Assembly (NCBI RefSeq): GCF_006345805.1
Contig: NC_043018.1
Span: forward strand, 20,460,001 to 20,524,000
Length of the DNA stretch: 64,000 bases
Direction of reading: 5' to 3'
Source of the DNA: Octopus sinensis
Taxonomy: Eukaryota
Both the position numbers and the translations under genes were made by a program. Every line of letters begins with the position of its first letter. Position 1 is the stretch's first letter. The notes under the pieces were generated by a model, which worked only from the letters and a program-made list of their open reading frames with translations, was not told where the DNA came from and ran no database searches. Shown here piece after piece: positions 1 to 13,158 of the stretch.

Positions 1-759
1 TATCTTTCAGATGCCCATCGCTGTGGATTTAACAAATAGCTTGGGGGCGGTGAGAGAGAAAGCGAGAAAGATGGAAGAAAAGATATAGTATAGATACTAA
101 CTCGTCCTCTAATGTTTTCTCACTTGAATCTGATACCCGTGCCATGGTTATTTGCAAAACAGTTTTCAATCCTTTGAACCCTTCCCCACCCCATGTCTAT
201 TTGCAAAACTATCGTATTTTTCCAGCATGTTTCAGTATTTTCTCTGGGCATTGCTGTAAAATGCCAATAGTTCATGTGCGATATCAATAAACAATATTGG
301 CACCAATCAATTACGGAGCTTCTTTCCTTGATGTGGTGCTCAAAAGACAATCTCCAAGAACGCTTCAATATACAACAATTTCATTATAGTAAATAAATAA
401 TTGAATAAAGGGACCCAGGATAAAGAGCACTGAAAGCTCCATAGCAGCCCCTAAATAGTCATTGACAAAATAGATAACGATGGCATACATGATAGACACT
501 GGTGTGACTGTGTGATAAAATGTTTGCTTCCCAACTACAAGGTTCCAGGTTCAGTCCTACTGCATGGCACCTAGGCAAGTGTCTTTTATTAGGAGCCTTG
601 AGAGGATTTGGTAGACAGAAACTGAAAGAAGCTCATCCATCATGTGTTTGTGTGTGTGTGTGTGTGTGACCACTACTTGACAACTGGTGTTGGTTTGTTT
701 GTGTCCCTCATAATTTCGTGATTTGGCAAAAAGAGACTGATAGAATAAGTACCAGACAC

Positions 760-940
760 TATCTATCTATCTATCCGCTCAGTCGAAGTCGACTCTCGGT
801 CACTCGTTGGATCAGTGTCTTCCAGTCAGTTCTATCCTGAGCCACTTCTTTCAGATTGGCTATGTCCATTCGGGTATCCCTCTTGATGGTGTCAAGCCAG
901 CGGGTTCTTGGTCGGCCTCTTCCTCTCTTGCCACTGACCA
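760..940 (-). mobile_element. RTE/BovB-clade LINE 3' end (5'-truncated) with (GATA)n tail
   Basis: Minus-strand translation VSGKRGRGRPRTRWLDTIKRDTRMDIANLKEVAQDRTDWKTLIQRVTESRLRLSG* matches the typical RTE-BovB ORF C-terminus (GKRxRGRPRxRW...AxDRxxW); a short tandem tail follows the stop. Confidence 0.9.
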
Positions 941-1112
941 GGGAGATTCAGCGTGACACAGAGTGCGACAAGGCTGGCCCTTTGAGTTACAGGTACAATA
1001 CATTTTTGCCAGCTGAGTGGACCAGAGCAATGTGAACTAAAGTGTCTTGCTCAAGGACACAATATGTCGCCAAGGATTGAACTCACGACTTTATGATCAT
1101 GAGCCAAATATC
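941..1112 (-). mobile_element. Decayed tRNA-derived SINE related to family D
   Basis: Shares TTCAGCGTGACACAGAG..GACAAGGC.GGCCCTTTGA..TACAGGTACAA with family D; degenerate tRNA head near 1060-1110. Confidence 0.65.
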
Positions 1113-1328
1113 CTTCACAGGAGCCGACAAAAAGTCTGAAAACAAGCATGGATGTTTAGGACAAACTTATGAAAATGCTTTGCATGGTCAAAGGGTTAAA
1201 AGTGAACTCCTATACTTTTGATTCACAGAGACCTTGAAAGTGGTGGGTGGAGGTCAGAACACTAAAATCTGTTGTAATAAGCCAGTAACGAAACCCTTCC
1301 TCATATCGTTAGACAATACACAACAATT

Positions 1329-1737
1329 ACTCTCTCTTTTACTTGTTTCAGTCATTTGACTGTGGCCATGCTGGAGCACCGCGTTTAGTCGAGCAAATCG
1401 ACCCCGGGACTTATTCTTTGTAAGCCCAGTACTTATTCTATCAGTCTCTTTTGCCGAACCGCTAGGTGACGGGGACGTAAACACCAGCATGTGTTGTCAA
1501 GCAATGCTAGGGGGACAAACACAGACACACAAACATATACACACACACTTATATATATATATATACGTATATACGACAGGCTTCTTTCAGTTTCCGTTTA
1601 CCAAATCCACTCACAAGGCATTGGTCGGCCCGGGGCTATAGCAGAAGACACTTGCCCAAGATGCCACGCAGTGGGACTGAACCCGGAACCATGTGGTTGG
1701 TTAGCAAGCTACTTACCACACAGCCACTCCTGCGCCT
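1329..1737 (-). mobile_element. SINE family A (tRNA head, CORE-like CCTTGGGCAAGT, internal TA/TG microsatellite, AGTAAAAG tail), full length
   Basis: A box TGGCTGTGTGGT and B box GGGTTCAGTCC on the minus strand; near-identical to about 20 other copies in the window. Confidence 0.92.
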
Positions 1738-2150
1738 ATTAGTTCAAATAATATTTTTGTTTCTTTACTCTTTGAGGGAAATTCCCACTACAAATATGTT
1801 CCACAAACAAATGCAAAGGTTGACCTTGAAAAGCCAAATTACAATGTAAATTAGCCACCTATTTCCATACATTAACTATTATTCAAGTGTTCTTTATTCA
1901 GGCCATACAGAATAAGCTTGTCGTCCGTCCGACTCATTTCTTTCAGCCTAAACATTATCTGCCTAAATCTTTCAAAGCTATAAACTTCTGGCAAATATTT
2001 GTGGTCTGAAAAGAAGGTTAAATACTGTGATATAATATTGTTTCACTTTTATTCTTTCACTTTTAATTCTAATGTATATATAATGTATATATTTGGAAAG
2101 CAGAAACCGAAAGAAGCCTGTCGTATATATGTATATATATATATATATGG

Positions 2151-2520
2151 ATGGAAGCACTCCGTCGGTTACGACGACGAGGGTTCCGGTTGATCCGAAT
2201 CAACGGAACAGCCTGCTCGTGAAATTAACGTGTAAGTGGCTGAGCACTCCACAGACACGTGTACCCTTAACGTAGTTCTCGGGGATATTCAGCGTGACAC
2301 AGAGAGTGACAAGGCCGGCCCTTTGAAATACAGGTACAACAGAAACAGGAAGTAAGAGTGAGAGAAAGTTGTGATGAAAGAGTACAGCAGGGATCACCAC
2401 CATCCCCTGCCGGAGCCTCGTGGAGCTTTAGGTGTTTTCGCTCAATAAACACTCACAACGCCCGGTCTGGGAATCGAAACCGCGAGTCCGCTGCCCTAAC
2501 CACTGGGCCATTGCGCCTCC
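2151..2520 (-). mobile_element. SINE family D (tRNA-Arg-like head, probably octopus OR-type SINE) inserted in the microsatellite of a family A copy (2090-2752)
   Basis: Head GGAGGCGCAATGGCCCAGTGGTTAGGGCAGCGGACTCGCGG..TTCGATTCC with TCG at the anticodon position; five near-identical copies in the window. Confidence 0.9.
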
Positions 2521-4074
2521 ACTATATATATATATGTGTGTGTGTATGTTTGTGTGTCTGTGTTTGTCCCCCTAGCATTGCTTGACAACCAATGCTGGTG
2601 TGTTTACGTCCCCGTCACTTAGCGGTTCGGCAAAAGAGACCGATAGAATAAGTACTGGGCTTACAAAGAATAAGTCCCGGGGTCGATTTGCTCGACTAAA
2701 GGCGGTGCTCCGGCATGGCCGCAGTCAAATAACTGAAACAAGTAAAAGAGAGTATATATATGATGTGTTTCTTTCAGTTTCTGTCTACCAAATCCACTCA
2801 CAAGGCTTTGGTCAGCCAGAGGCTATAGTAAAATATACTTGTCCAAGGTGCCATGCAGTGGGACTGAACCTGGAACCATGTAGTTTGGAAGCAAGCTTCT
2901 TACCACACAGCCACGCCTATGATGATGATGATGATTTTTCAATATTTTTCAAGTAAACAAAGAAGAAGTGCCTGTTTACACCAAAATAAACAAGTAGCAA
3001 GCAGGAATATTTGTGTCCTTCAAGAGTGCTACGGTGCCATAAACTCTAACATAGAATGAATGAGTGTGTATGTGTGTGTGTGTGTGTGTATTTCTGGTTG
3101 TAAGTGAAACCGCATAGAAGAAGGTATTCCAAAACACAAAATCTCTAAACAGTGTCAAGTGCCAAGAAAAATAACTGAACAGTCTGTTACAGAATGGAAT
3201 AACAGGAATGGCTAACGTGCACCATAACCATTAATTGTCATCGTTTTATCTTCCAGGTTTTTGTAAACCAGAGACTGAGCCATCAACCTGTAGCATGACA
3301 AACCAGGCTTAAAAAAAGTACTGGGGTTGATTCATTTGACTAAAAGACTCTACAAAGTGGTGCCCCAGCATGGCCACAGTCTAATGTCTGAAACCTGTAA
3401 AAGCCAGAACATGAATCGTTGGTAAAATTAAGAATTTAACAAACTAAGAAAGGCATGTTTTTACTAACCCTACACTAATGGAATCAAGTATCTTACAAAG
3501 GTTCCACACTCGGATATATATTTGGATTACAGCCACAACTAATCATGTCTAAAGAATGTTGGTTTGTCATGCTAAAGGTTGATGGCTCAGAGACTGATTC
3601 ATAATTATTCTAAAGGATAGCAACATCAATTGTTTCTGATTTAAGGACAAAGGCCAGAAACTTTGAGGGAAAGGGAAGGGACTGGTCAATATAACTGACC
3701 CCTGTACTAAACTGGTATTTTAATTGATTGACCCAGAAAGGATAAAAAGCAAGGCTGACATCAGCAGAGTTTGAACTCATGCCAAATTTGACCTTGCCTG
3801 TGCTGGTGCCATGTAAAAAGCACTCAGTCCACTCTGCAGGGTAGTTGGTGTTAGGAAGGGTACCCAGCCATAAAAATAAGAGACACAGAAGCCTGGCATA
3901 GTCTTCGACCTGCCCAGCTTCTGTCAAACCATCCAACCTGAAGGCGGACATTAAACAATGATGATGATGATGATGATGAATGTAAAGTGCTGGAATGAAT
4001 ACGGCAGAAATATTTTGTCTGACGCTGTCAGTATCCAACCAATTTGCTGCTGAAATAATAAAAATTCTCATTTT

Positions 4075-5185
4075 GGCACAAGGCCAGCAATTTGGAGAGG
4101 AGTGGGGTGAGGTGGGGAACCAGTTTCAGAATGTAAAGACAGAACAAATGCCACCAAGAATTCTGTCTGACATGCTAACAAATTTGCTACTTCACTGCCT
4201 TGAATATTGGTTTCAAATTTTGGCACAAGGCCAGCACTTTCATGGAGGAGTGGGAAGTCGATTACATGGACGTCCCCCTCCCCCATTGTTCAACAGGAAC
4301 TTATTTTATCAACCTCAAAAAGATGAAAGACAAAACAGATCTAGGTGGAATTTGAACTCAGAACATATAGACAGACGAAATGTCGCTAAGCATTTTGCCC
4401 AGAATGCTAACGACTCTGCCAGCTTGCTGCCTTCGCTGCCTTGAATATTAATAATTGTTTCTAATTTTAGCACAAGGCCACCAATTCTGAGGGAAGGCAT
4501 AAGTCAAGTAGGTCAACACTTGTGCTCAACAGGTACTTATTTTATTGGCTCCAGAAAGATGACTGGGAAATCTGACCTTGGTGGCATTTCAATTCAGAAT
4601 GCAAAGAGTCTGAGAAAATGCTGCTAAGCATTTTGTTTGGTATGGTAACAATTCTGCCAACTCACCGAAAGGAAGAAAGACAAAGTCAACCAACCTCAGC
4701 AGAATTTGAACCCAGAACATAAGGACAAGCGAAATACCCAGTGAGCTAATTCTACCAACTCACTTAAATAATATCGGTTTCAAATTTTGGCACGAGGCCA
4801 GCAATTTCAGAAGAGGGGACAAGTCAATTACATCGAACCCCAGTGTTCAACTGGTACTTACTTCTAATCGACCGTGAAAAGAGAAAAGGCAAAGTCGACT
4901 CTGGCAGCATTTGAACTCAGAACATAAAGTCCGATGAAATGCCGCTAAGCACTTTTCCTGGAGTGGTAAACGATTCGGCCAGCTCGTCACCTTGACACCT
5001 AAAATAATAATAATAATCCTTTCTACTATAGGCACAAGGCCTGAAACTTGATTGGGGGAAGGGGACAGCCGATTACATCAACCCCAGTGTTTCACTAGTC
5101 CTTATTTTATCAACCCCAAAAGGATGAAAGACAAAGTCAACCTCAAAAGAATTTGAGCCCAGAACATAAAAACAAGAGAAATACT
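4075..5185 (-). mobile_element. Head-to-tail cluster of about 5-6 decayed SINE family B copies
   Basis: Repeated GGCACAAGGCC..CCCCAGT..AACTGGTACTTA..GATGAAAG.CAAAGTC.ACC..GAATTTGAACTCAGAAC motifs. Confidence 0.85.
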
Positions 5186-5706
5186 GCTTGGCTGCAGCTG
5201 TAGCTGAGATGCCAAGTAGACAGCCTTTAAGCAGTCACTTGAATGGCTAGAAATAACAACCAAATTTCCTTTCTGTTACCATGTTGCTTTTGAAATACAC
5301 TGGCTTCATTTCAGTGAATTTTGAAAATGACGTAAAGTTCAAAAGAATTGTTTTGTCATTATTTAACATGGTGTTTGAAACATGAATTAACATGAAAATT
5401 TAATGGAAAGTTTTAATTTGGCTAATTTTAGAACAGGAAGTTTGTCTCATAGAACTGTTGACAGTCTCAGGTAGGATGTTAATAAAAAGAGTTAAATTAC
5501 AAACTGCTGACTTACAGAAAGGAAAAAAATAGAAAAGAAACAAAGAAAAGTACATAGATGATTACATTGGATGGCATGCTATTAGATACATGATGGCTGA
5601 ACAAAAAAAAACTGGATGGTCATGGCTGGAATTAAAACAGCAACAAACAAGAGTTTTATGACACACTTAAACAGTCATCCTCCAACTGCTCATTATATTC
5701 TTTGCT

Positions 5707-6083
5707 CTCCGTCGGTTACGACGATGAAGGTTCCGGTTGATCCGAATCAACGGAACAGCCTGCTCATGAAATTAACGTGTAAGTGGCTGAGCACTCCACA
5801 GACACGTGCACCCTTAACGTAGTTCTCGGGGATATTCAGCGTGACACAGAGAGTGACAAGGCCGGCCCTTTGAAATACAGGTACAACAGAAACAGGAAGT
5901 AAGAGTGAGAGAAAGTCGTGGTGAAAGAGTACAGCAGGGATCACCACCATCCCCTGCCAGAGCCTCGTGGAGCTTTTTAGGTGTTTTCGCTCAATAAACA
6001 CTCACAACGCCCGGTCTGGGTATCGAAACCGCGATCCTATGACCGCGAGTCCGCTGCCCTAACCACTGGGCCATTGCGCCTCC
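5707..6083 (-). mobile_element. SINE family D, full length
   Basis: Matches family D; flanking direct repeat GCTCATTATAT at 5688 and 6086 (likely TSD). Confidence 0.92.
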
Positions 6084-6811
6084 ACGCTCATTATATACAA
6101 ACCAACACACACAAACACATATAGATGAAATATACTTTTAATATAAAATCATAAATTTATTTGGCAAATTTCCCAATCTGATTAAGATGAGAGCCAATAT
6201 ATTTATGAAATCAAACAAAAGGACATATAAAGGGAGAGAGAACAAGAGAGAGAGAGAGAGAAAGAGGGCAGAGAGAGAGAGAGAGTATTAAGTTAACTTC
6301 AAAATATTAATAACGTGTTAACATAGATAAGGAGCCATTAATTAGAAAAGCCACAACTAATGATTAACATTAAATGGGTCAACAAAATGCTTACACTTAA
6401 AGTCCCAAATGCAGAATTTTTTTTTTTTTTTTTTTTTTTTGCTAATGCCATGAGGTGGGAAAAGGAGAAATCTCATATTTTAGATAAAAACCCCTTTACA
6501 TAGAGAAATGAATTGTATTTTTATACAATGGGATGGAGAGAGTAGGACAGGAGTTGAAATTTTCATATTCCGGTGCTAAAATGTGACTATTTTGTATAGT
6601 ATGGTGTACAGTAGAGTTGTACTGAAATGTTGCTGTGTTTATAGAGTACGGTATAGTAGGGTGTATGGTAGAGCTGTAGTACTGTAGTGGCACTGTGTTA
6701 TTGATAACTGGATTGTATGATAGAATATGGTGTATGGTAGTACTATAGTGATAATATAGATGTGATTGTACTGTATGGTAATGTAACAATTAAAATACTT
6801 ATATATATATA

Positions 6812-7210
6812 TACTCTTTTACTTGTTTCAGTCATTTGACTGCGGCCATGCTGGAGCACCGCCTTTAGTCGAGCAAATCGACTCCAGGACTTATTCTTTT
6901 GTAAGCGCAGTACTTATTCTATCGGTCTCTTTTGCCGAACCACTAAGTGACGGGGACGTAAACACACCAGCATCGGTTGTCAGGCAATGCTAGGGGGACA
7001 AACACAGACACACAAATACACACACGCATATATATATATATATATATGACAGGCTTCTTTTAGTTTCCGTCTACCAAATCCACTCACAAGGCATTGGTCG
7101 GCCCGGGGCTATAGCAGAAGACACTTGCCCAAGATGCCACGCAGTGGGACTGAACCCGGAACCATGTGGTTGGTAAACAAGCTACTTACCACACAGCCAC
7201 TCCTGCGCCT
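6812..7210 (-). mobile_element. SINE family A, full length
   Basis: Near-identical to 1329-1737. Confidence 0.92.
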
Positions 7211-8914
7211 ATATAAATAATATGTAATATTTTGGATTAATGGTTATATGTCAGTCAGTGTGTTGATGTGTTGAGTAAAGCATTGGTATGGCTTGGGCTA
7301 CTCACGATCATTAGTGAGGCACCACTTTAAATATGACTGTACCTGATGTGACCCACACTGCAAAATTGATGCAACACAATATGATGCACAGCATCCCACC
7401 CATAAGGGACAGTCACAAGATGGGTCGAAACGATTGACGTACACAATATTATTATTATTATCATTATTATTAGATATGGGAACCAAGTTGTGCTCGTATA
7501 AAATGTAACATATTTATATTCATATGCACACACACACACACACACACTCAAATATGTGATACGTAAATATAAACATTATAAGTCTGTTTGATGAGTGTTG
7601 TTATTTATATCCTTCCTGGTGAGATCGATGCATTGCTAACCATAATTTATCCTGTAGGACATTTTGGAGTGCACCCATCGAAACATATGTAGAAGACTTC
7701 AAGATATAAATGGTTTAACAACATCTTGAGAGTCCGTCTCCTTATTCAATTTTCCCAAATATATACACCCACACACACATATATATATATATATTTATAT
7801 ATATATATGTGTGTGTGTATATATAAAATGGGCTTCTTTCAGTATTCCTCTACCAACTTATAAGGCTTTAGTCAGCCTAGAGCTGAAATAGGAGACACTT
7901 GTCCAAGGTGTTACAGCACAGAATTGAACTCAAAACTATACGGTTGGGAAGTTGGGAAGCAAATTTCTTAACCATGCAGCCACACCAACACCTACATATA
8001 TACATGCATGTGTGTTGTGTGTGTGTGCGTGTGTGTGTGTTTCTATTTCTCACTTGTAGAGACAGTCTTCACAAGACAGAGACAGCTTTAAGTGGAAGAG
8101 ATTGACATTGTGTTTCTGGTGGTGACTTATTAGTAAGCACTAGTTACATACATAAATAAACAGGCCACCAGAGAACTATTTTACTACTACCACCACTACT
8201 GCTGCTGCTGCTGCTGGTGCTGCTGCTACTACTACTGCTGCTGCCGTCGCTGCTGCTACTTTCTTTACCTCCAGAAGAAAATCTAGCGACCTTTATATGT
8301 GGTGGCCATGACAAAGCTTGTTATAAGAGGAAAGTCAACTGAGACAGAAAACAGAATTTAAACAACAACTGCATTTGTTTGTGTGTTTGTTTGTTTGGGG
8401 TTTTTTTGGCTTTTTTTTTTATTTAACTTATGAAAATAACCAAACGTATTGATCTTTATGAAATGTTCTTGTAACACAGATGCACAGAGGAATTTGGTTG
8501 TTACACATATATAGGAATCGCCAACAAGCATACCTATACATACCTACAGTGCACCACTTACAAACAGGCTCTCTAAGTCATCTATATTTACTACAGGCCT
8601 CCTCATTAGAAACAACCTGTCAGCTAGGTGTCTATCTCCGCTACGAATACCTGTTGCAGACGGTGATGGGGGGGGGGAACAAACAAGCAAACAAAACCCT
8701 TTAGTTTATTATTAATGTTTCTCCCCGACTATTTTTAAACTCAAATTCTGTCCTGCTACTTCGGAGTATTTTCTGCAAGTGCTACTACACACGGTACGCA
8801 ACTTGCTTACTACTAATAACAAACTTTGAAGCAACAATAAACCTCGTTTTTTTTCTTTTCCCCCCCCCACCTCCATATGTTTATGCATGTGGGTGTGTCT
8901 ATGGGTTTGTGTAT

Positions 8915-8930
8915 TTGTTGTGTGTATATG

Positions 8931-8996
<66 letters not shown>

Positions 8997-9240
8997 ATAT
9001 ATATATATGTATATATATGTATATATATATATGTATATATATGTGTGTATATATGTGTGTATATATATGTGTATATAAATATATATGTATATATATATAT
9101 GTGTATATAAATATATATGTATATATATATATGTGTATATAAATATATATGTATATATATATGTGTGTATATAAATATATATGTATATAATATATATGTA
9201 TATATATATATATATATATGTATATAAATATATATGTATA
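8915..9240. repeat. Compound (TA)n/(TG)n microsatellite
   Basis: Direct reading; explains the Y/I-rich ORFs. Confidence 0.95.
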
Positions 9241-9570
9241 TGCCAGTACCGCATCGACTGGCCTCCGTGCTGTGGGCACGTAACAAACACCATCCGATCG
9301 TGGCCGTTCGCCAGCCTCATCTGGCACCTGTGTCGGTGGCACATAAAAACACCATCCGAGCGTGGCCGTCTGCCAGCCTCGTCTGGCACTGTGTTGGTGG
9401 CACATAAAAGCACCCACTACACTCTCGGAGTGGTTGGCGTTAGGAAGGGCATCCAGCTGTAGAAACACTGCCAGATCTGACTGACCTGGTGCAGCCTTCG
9501 GGCTCCTCAGACCCCAGTTGAACCGTCCAACCCATGCTAGCATGGAAAGCGGACGTTAAATGATGATGAT
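9241..9570 (+). mobile_element. Retroposon family C (modular 5' array, GGCGTTAGGAAGGGCATCCAGCTG domain, CCATGCTAGCATGG hairpin, (GAT)n tail)
   Basis: More than 12 copies in the window; conserved 3' end ..GGACGTTAAATGATGATG; central motif resembles the V-SINE/DANA GGAAGGGCATCC domain. Confidence 0.88.
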
Positions 9571-10227
9571 ATATACATACATATATATACATACATACAT
9601 ATATATACATATACATATATATATATAAATATAGAGAGAGAGAGAGATACATATCTTTGAGATAGGTAAAAGAAAGGGAGAGGAAGATGCCATGGCTACA
9701 CAAACTAAGCTAGCAGTTTCAATGTAGAAGTTAATCCTGTTTGTTGTAGCAGAGACAAACAACAGCAACATGCATACGGCTCACAAACAGACGTTGCCCC
9801 TTTTTCCTTTCTTTGTCAACCAAATTGCTAGTTTGCTAGCCATCATCCAAATTGTCATCACGTTACATCTATTTTCCGCTCTGAGTCAAAGAAGCTGACA
9901 GATTGAAGAACCAAGTCTTGCTCCAATACCTAACATCTTCCATGCTTGATGCCCTTCCTAACACCAGCCAACTTACAGAGTTATACTGGAAGCATTTTTT
10001 CCAAAGCACCAGCACTATAGAGGTTGCCTTGTCCTCACAGACCTGTTGCTACTGCTCAGTTCAATTTGCAAACTATTTACAGAATGTAGTGAATGCTTTT
10101 TCCATGGAACTAGCACTTGTGGGGTCACCTTGTAACTTGCAAAGCAAAAGACAGCCCCACCCATTCTGTCACAACTCAAAGAGAAGAAGTTAATTACAAA
10201 AGTACATAATTATTATAAATAAAGCAA

Positions 10228-10495
10228 GGCAGTGAGCTGGCAGAACTGTTAGCACGCTGGACGAAATGCTTAGCAGTATTTCGTCTGCTGCTACGTTTTG
10301 AGTTCAAATTCTGCCAAGTTCAACTTTGCCTTTCATCATTTCGGGGTCAATTAAATAAGTACCAGTTACACACTGGAGTCGATGTAATCGACTTAATCCC
10401 TTTGTCTGTTCTTGTTTGTCCCCTCTATGCTAGCATGGAGAACGGACGTTAAACGATGATGATGATGTTTAGCCCCTTGTGGGCAATAAAGAAAT
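10228..10495 (+). mobile_element. SINE family B containing a short family C tail insertion
   Basis: GAGCTGGCAGAA head, B box GAGTTCAAATT, GCCTTTCATC..GGGGTC..TAAATAAGTACCAG (MetaSINE-like domain); family C tail at 10427-10466. Confidence 0.85.
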
Positions 10496-10496
10496 A

Positions 10497-10521
<25 letters not shown>

Positions 10522-10527
<6 letters not shown>

Positions 10528-10745
10528 TATGTTTGACTTTTGCTTTATATTTGTACAAGTTGGCTCCAAGTCTCACCCAGAGACCTCAAGAGACAACAAG
10601 GGTTGGAAGTTCATGTTGTTGTTATGCCTAGTGTGCCATATATTTTTTTTTGGGGGGGGAGTTTTTGGTGTTGTACTAATGAATGTCTAAAAAAAATTTT
10701 TTTTTTAAACCGAAAATTATGTTTGTTTTAAACCTTGAGATTACA
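10522..10745 (-). mobile_element. Probable R4/Dong-clade non-LTR element 3' UTR inside a (TAA)n tract
   Basis: Flanked on both sides by (TAA)n; GAGGTCTCTGGGTGAGACTTGG resembles the Dong/R4 3' UTR motif; Dong elements target TAA repeats. Confidence 0.5.
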
Positions 10746-11650
10746 TTATTATTATTATTATATTATTATTATTATTATTATTCCATCCTAAGTCAAGTGA
10801 AGACCAAGACTGCGTATATAGCATTAGGAATGTCAGGTGCTGACAGTCCTTAACCAGTTGGGAAATTCAGCAGGTGGAATTTCGACATTAGGTTTCTATA
10901 CAGCACTTACAGCAGTGGGTGTAAGACAATGATACGCTTGGGAAAAACTTGACTTTCAGGATAATCAACTGGTTGGTCTGCTCCAAGAGACTTTCATCTT
11001 AGTGATTTTATTTATTTATTTATTTATTTACTTGCTTCAGTCAGACTGTGGCCAAGCTGGGGCACAACCTTGAAGAATTTTAGTCAAACGAATTAAACCC
11101 CAGGATTTATTTTTATTTTAAAGTCTGGTACTTATTTGGTCTCTTTTGCCAAACCGCTAAGTTACAGGGATGTAAACATACACAACTGGCTTCTTTCAGT
11201 TTCTGTTGGCTGAATCCACTCACAAGGTTTTGGTTGAACTGAGTCTATAGAAGAAGACAAGGTGCCATGCAGTGGCACTGAACCCGGAACCATGTCGCTG
11301 GCAGTGCTATGAGGACACATTGCCAATTTGAGATGACTTTGACATGCAAAGAAATGCCATTAGCCAAGCATGTCTGAGATACCCTCCAAAGTGACAGAAC
11401 ATGCACTGGTTCCATATTTGAACTAGGGAATCAAAGAACCAGAGCTCACAGTAATCCAAAACAGCTCTCAACTAAAGGAATAAAAATCTGTTCTTTAACT
11501 TAGCTGATCAAATTTTGTATATATATATATATATATATACATATACATCAGCATGGCTACAGCCATAGGGCTGAAACATATAAAAGAATAAATATATGTA
11601 ATATATATATAAATATATATACTTTTCTAAGAGCTGCAAAATCTTCACAA

Positions 11651-11692
11651 AACAGTTACTCAGAGTCTCACATTCTCATTCATCAGACAGTT
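11651..11692 (-). ncRNA. Degenerate hammerhead ribozyme motif in a Penelope-like repeat (11625-11765)
   Basis: Minus strand AACTGT CTGATGA ATG AGAA TGT GAGA CTC T GAG TA ACTG; homolog of 62107-62154; GAAA mutated to GAGA. Confidence 0.6.
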
Positions 11693-11994
11693 GTGATGAA
11701 TAGTACATTACTCTGCCTTAGGTATTTGAGTACCATTTTTTCCCATCTTGTTTTGCATTTATGTGCTTATTTGTGTGTGTGCGTGTGTGTACATACATAT
11801 ATATATATATATATATATGAAAAAACAAGTCATCATCATCATCGTCATAATCATCACCACCACCACCATCATCGTCATCTTCTCCTTCTCCTTCTTCTTC
11901 TTCTTCTTCTTCTACTTCTCCACCCCCTACCCCTTAACTTTGTCACTAATGTTTTTTAGTATAACACCTACGCTAATTCTATAAACAAGCCTGT

Positions 11995-12399
11995 CAATAT
12001 AAATATTCCCCTGAATTGAACTGAGACTGCCAGCCGCCACTGACCATTCAAAATACGACCATCAGGGCACTCCCAGATTCTCCCACCCCCCTTTCCTCAC
12101 CAGCCTTCTTCCTCTACTACCCTTCCAAGAACTCACAACTACCTCGAACACACAAGTGCAAACAAGGGAGTCAGAGAAAGGCAGAATGCCACTTAAATCT
12201 GAACACTACTATAGAAATATTCTTTTAAAAAAACTTTTCTTCTAATTTTTCTAAATTTAATTATTTAATCGTTACAGTTGAAAAGGTCTCAAAATGACCG
12301 AAACCGGTACTGAAATGTTCACTATAAAATTATTTTAGCATTTTCTATTTTTGACTTGTTTTTTCATATATATCAACTCATGTGTTCCTTTTCACCCTT

Positions 12400-12400
<1 letters not shown>
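11995..12400 (+). mobile_element. Penelope-like element 3' end / pLTR fragment
   Basis: AAATATTCCCCTGAATTGAACTGA = KYSPELN*, like the PxLN end of PLE GIY-YIG ORFs; followed by a hammerhead motif and ending in (TA)n. Confidence 0.6.
12273..12315 (+). ncRNA. Minimal type-I hammerhead ribozyme, U3-A8 core variant
   Basis: CAG TTGAAAA GGTC TCAAAAT GACC GAAA CCGG TA CTG: stem I CAG/CTG, stem II GGTC/GACC, palindromic stem III ACCGGT, GUA cleavage triplet. Confidence 0.7.
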
Positions 12401-12446
<46 letters not shown>

Positions 12447-13158
12447 TATGCTCACACACATGCACTCATACATACACATACATGCATACATACAAGCATA
12501 TACATGCATGTACATATACATAGAGACATATATATATACAGACATATATATACACAATACACTTACACAAAACACATTCATACATGCACACACACACACA
12601 TACACAAAACACATTCATACATGCACACACACACACACACACATATATGCATATATATATACAATACATACACACACACATATATATATATATATATACA
12701 TACATAAACACAATACAGATACTACACACACACACATATATATATACACAATAGACACTCACATACACATATATGCATGAGTACCCACATAAACATCACA
12801 TCAATCATTGCTATCCTTATTGCTATAATCCTGCAGGCTAACATGGAGGCAACTGTTGCTGTTCATTACTGTAACACCTGTCCACCATTTATCCACCGAG
12901 TGCTGTTGCCATGCTCAGACACCGCACACTGTAGCAACGAATGAGTAAGAGACCAAAGCGAATCTCACGCGTCTAATGAACGGTGAAGTAGTATCTAGCA
13001 AGCTCTGGCACTCTGCCCTTGCTTATTCTCATAAATATAACGAGCTTAGTGGCCAATCATTTATTTTGTGGAGTGGGATGTTTTTTTTTCCTGCTAATTT
13101 TCTACTTAGACACTGGATATAAACAAAGGAAAACAACACGACACTATTTCAACAGGGA

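Noticed and set aside
8712-9543. Long ORFs of 157-233 aa (also 23903-24417, 47022-47623, 48063-48550, 60348-60888)
   Set aside because: Translations of TA/TG/TACA/GATA microsatellites and SINEs
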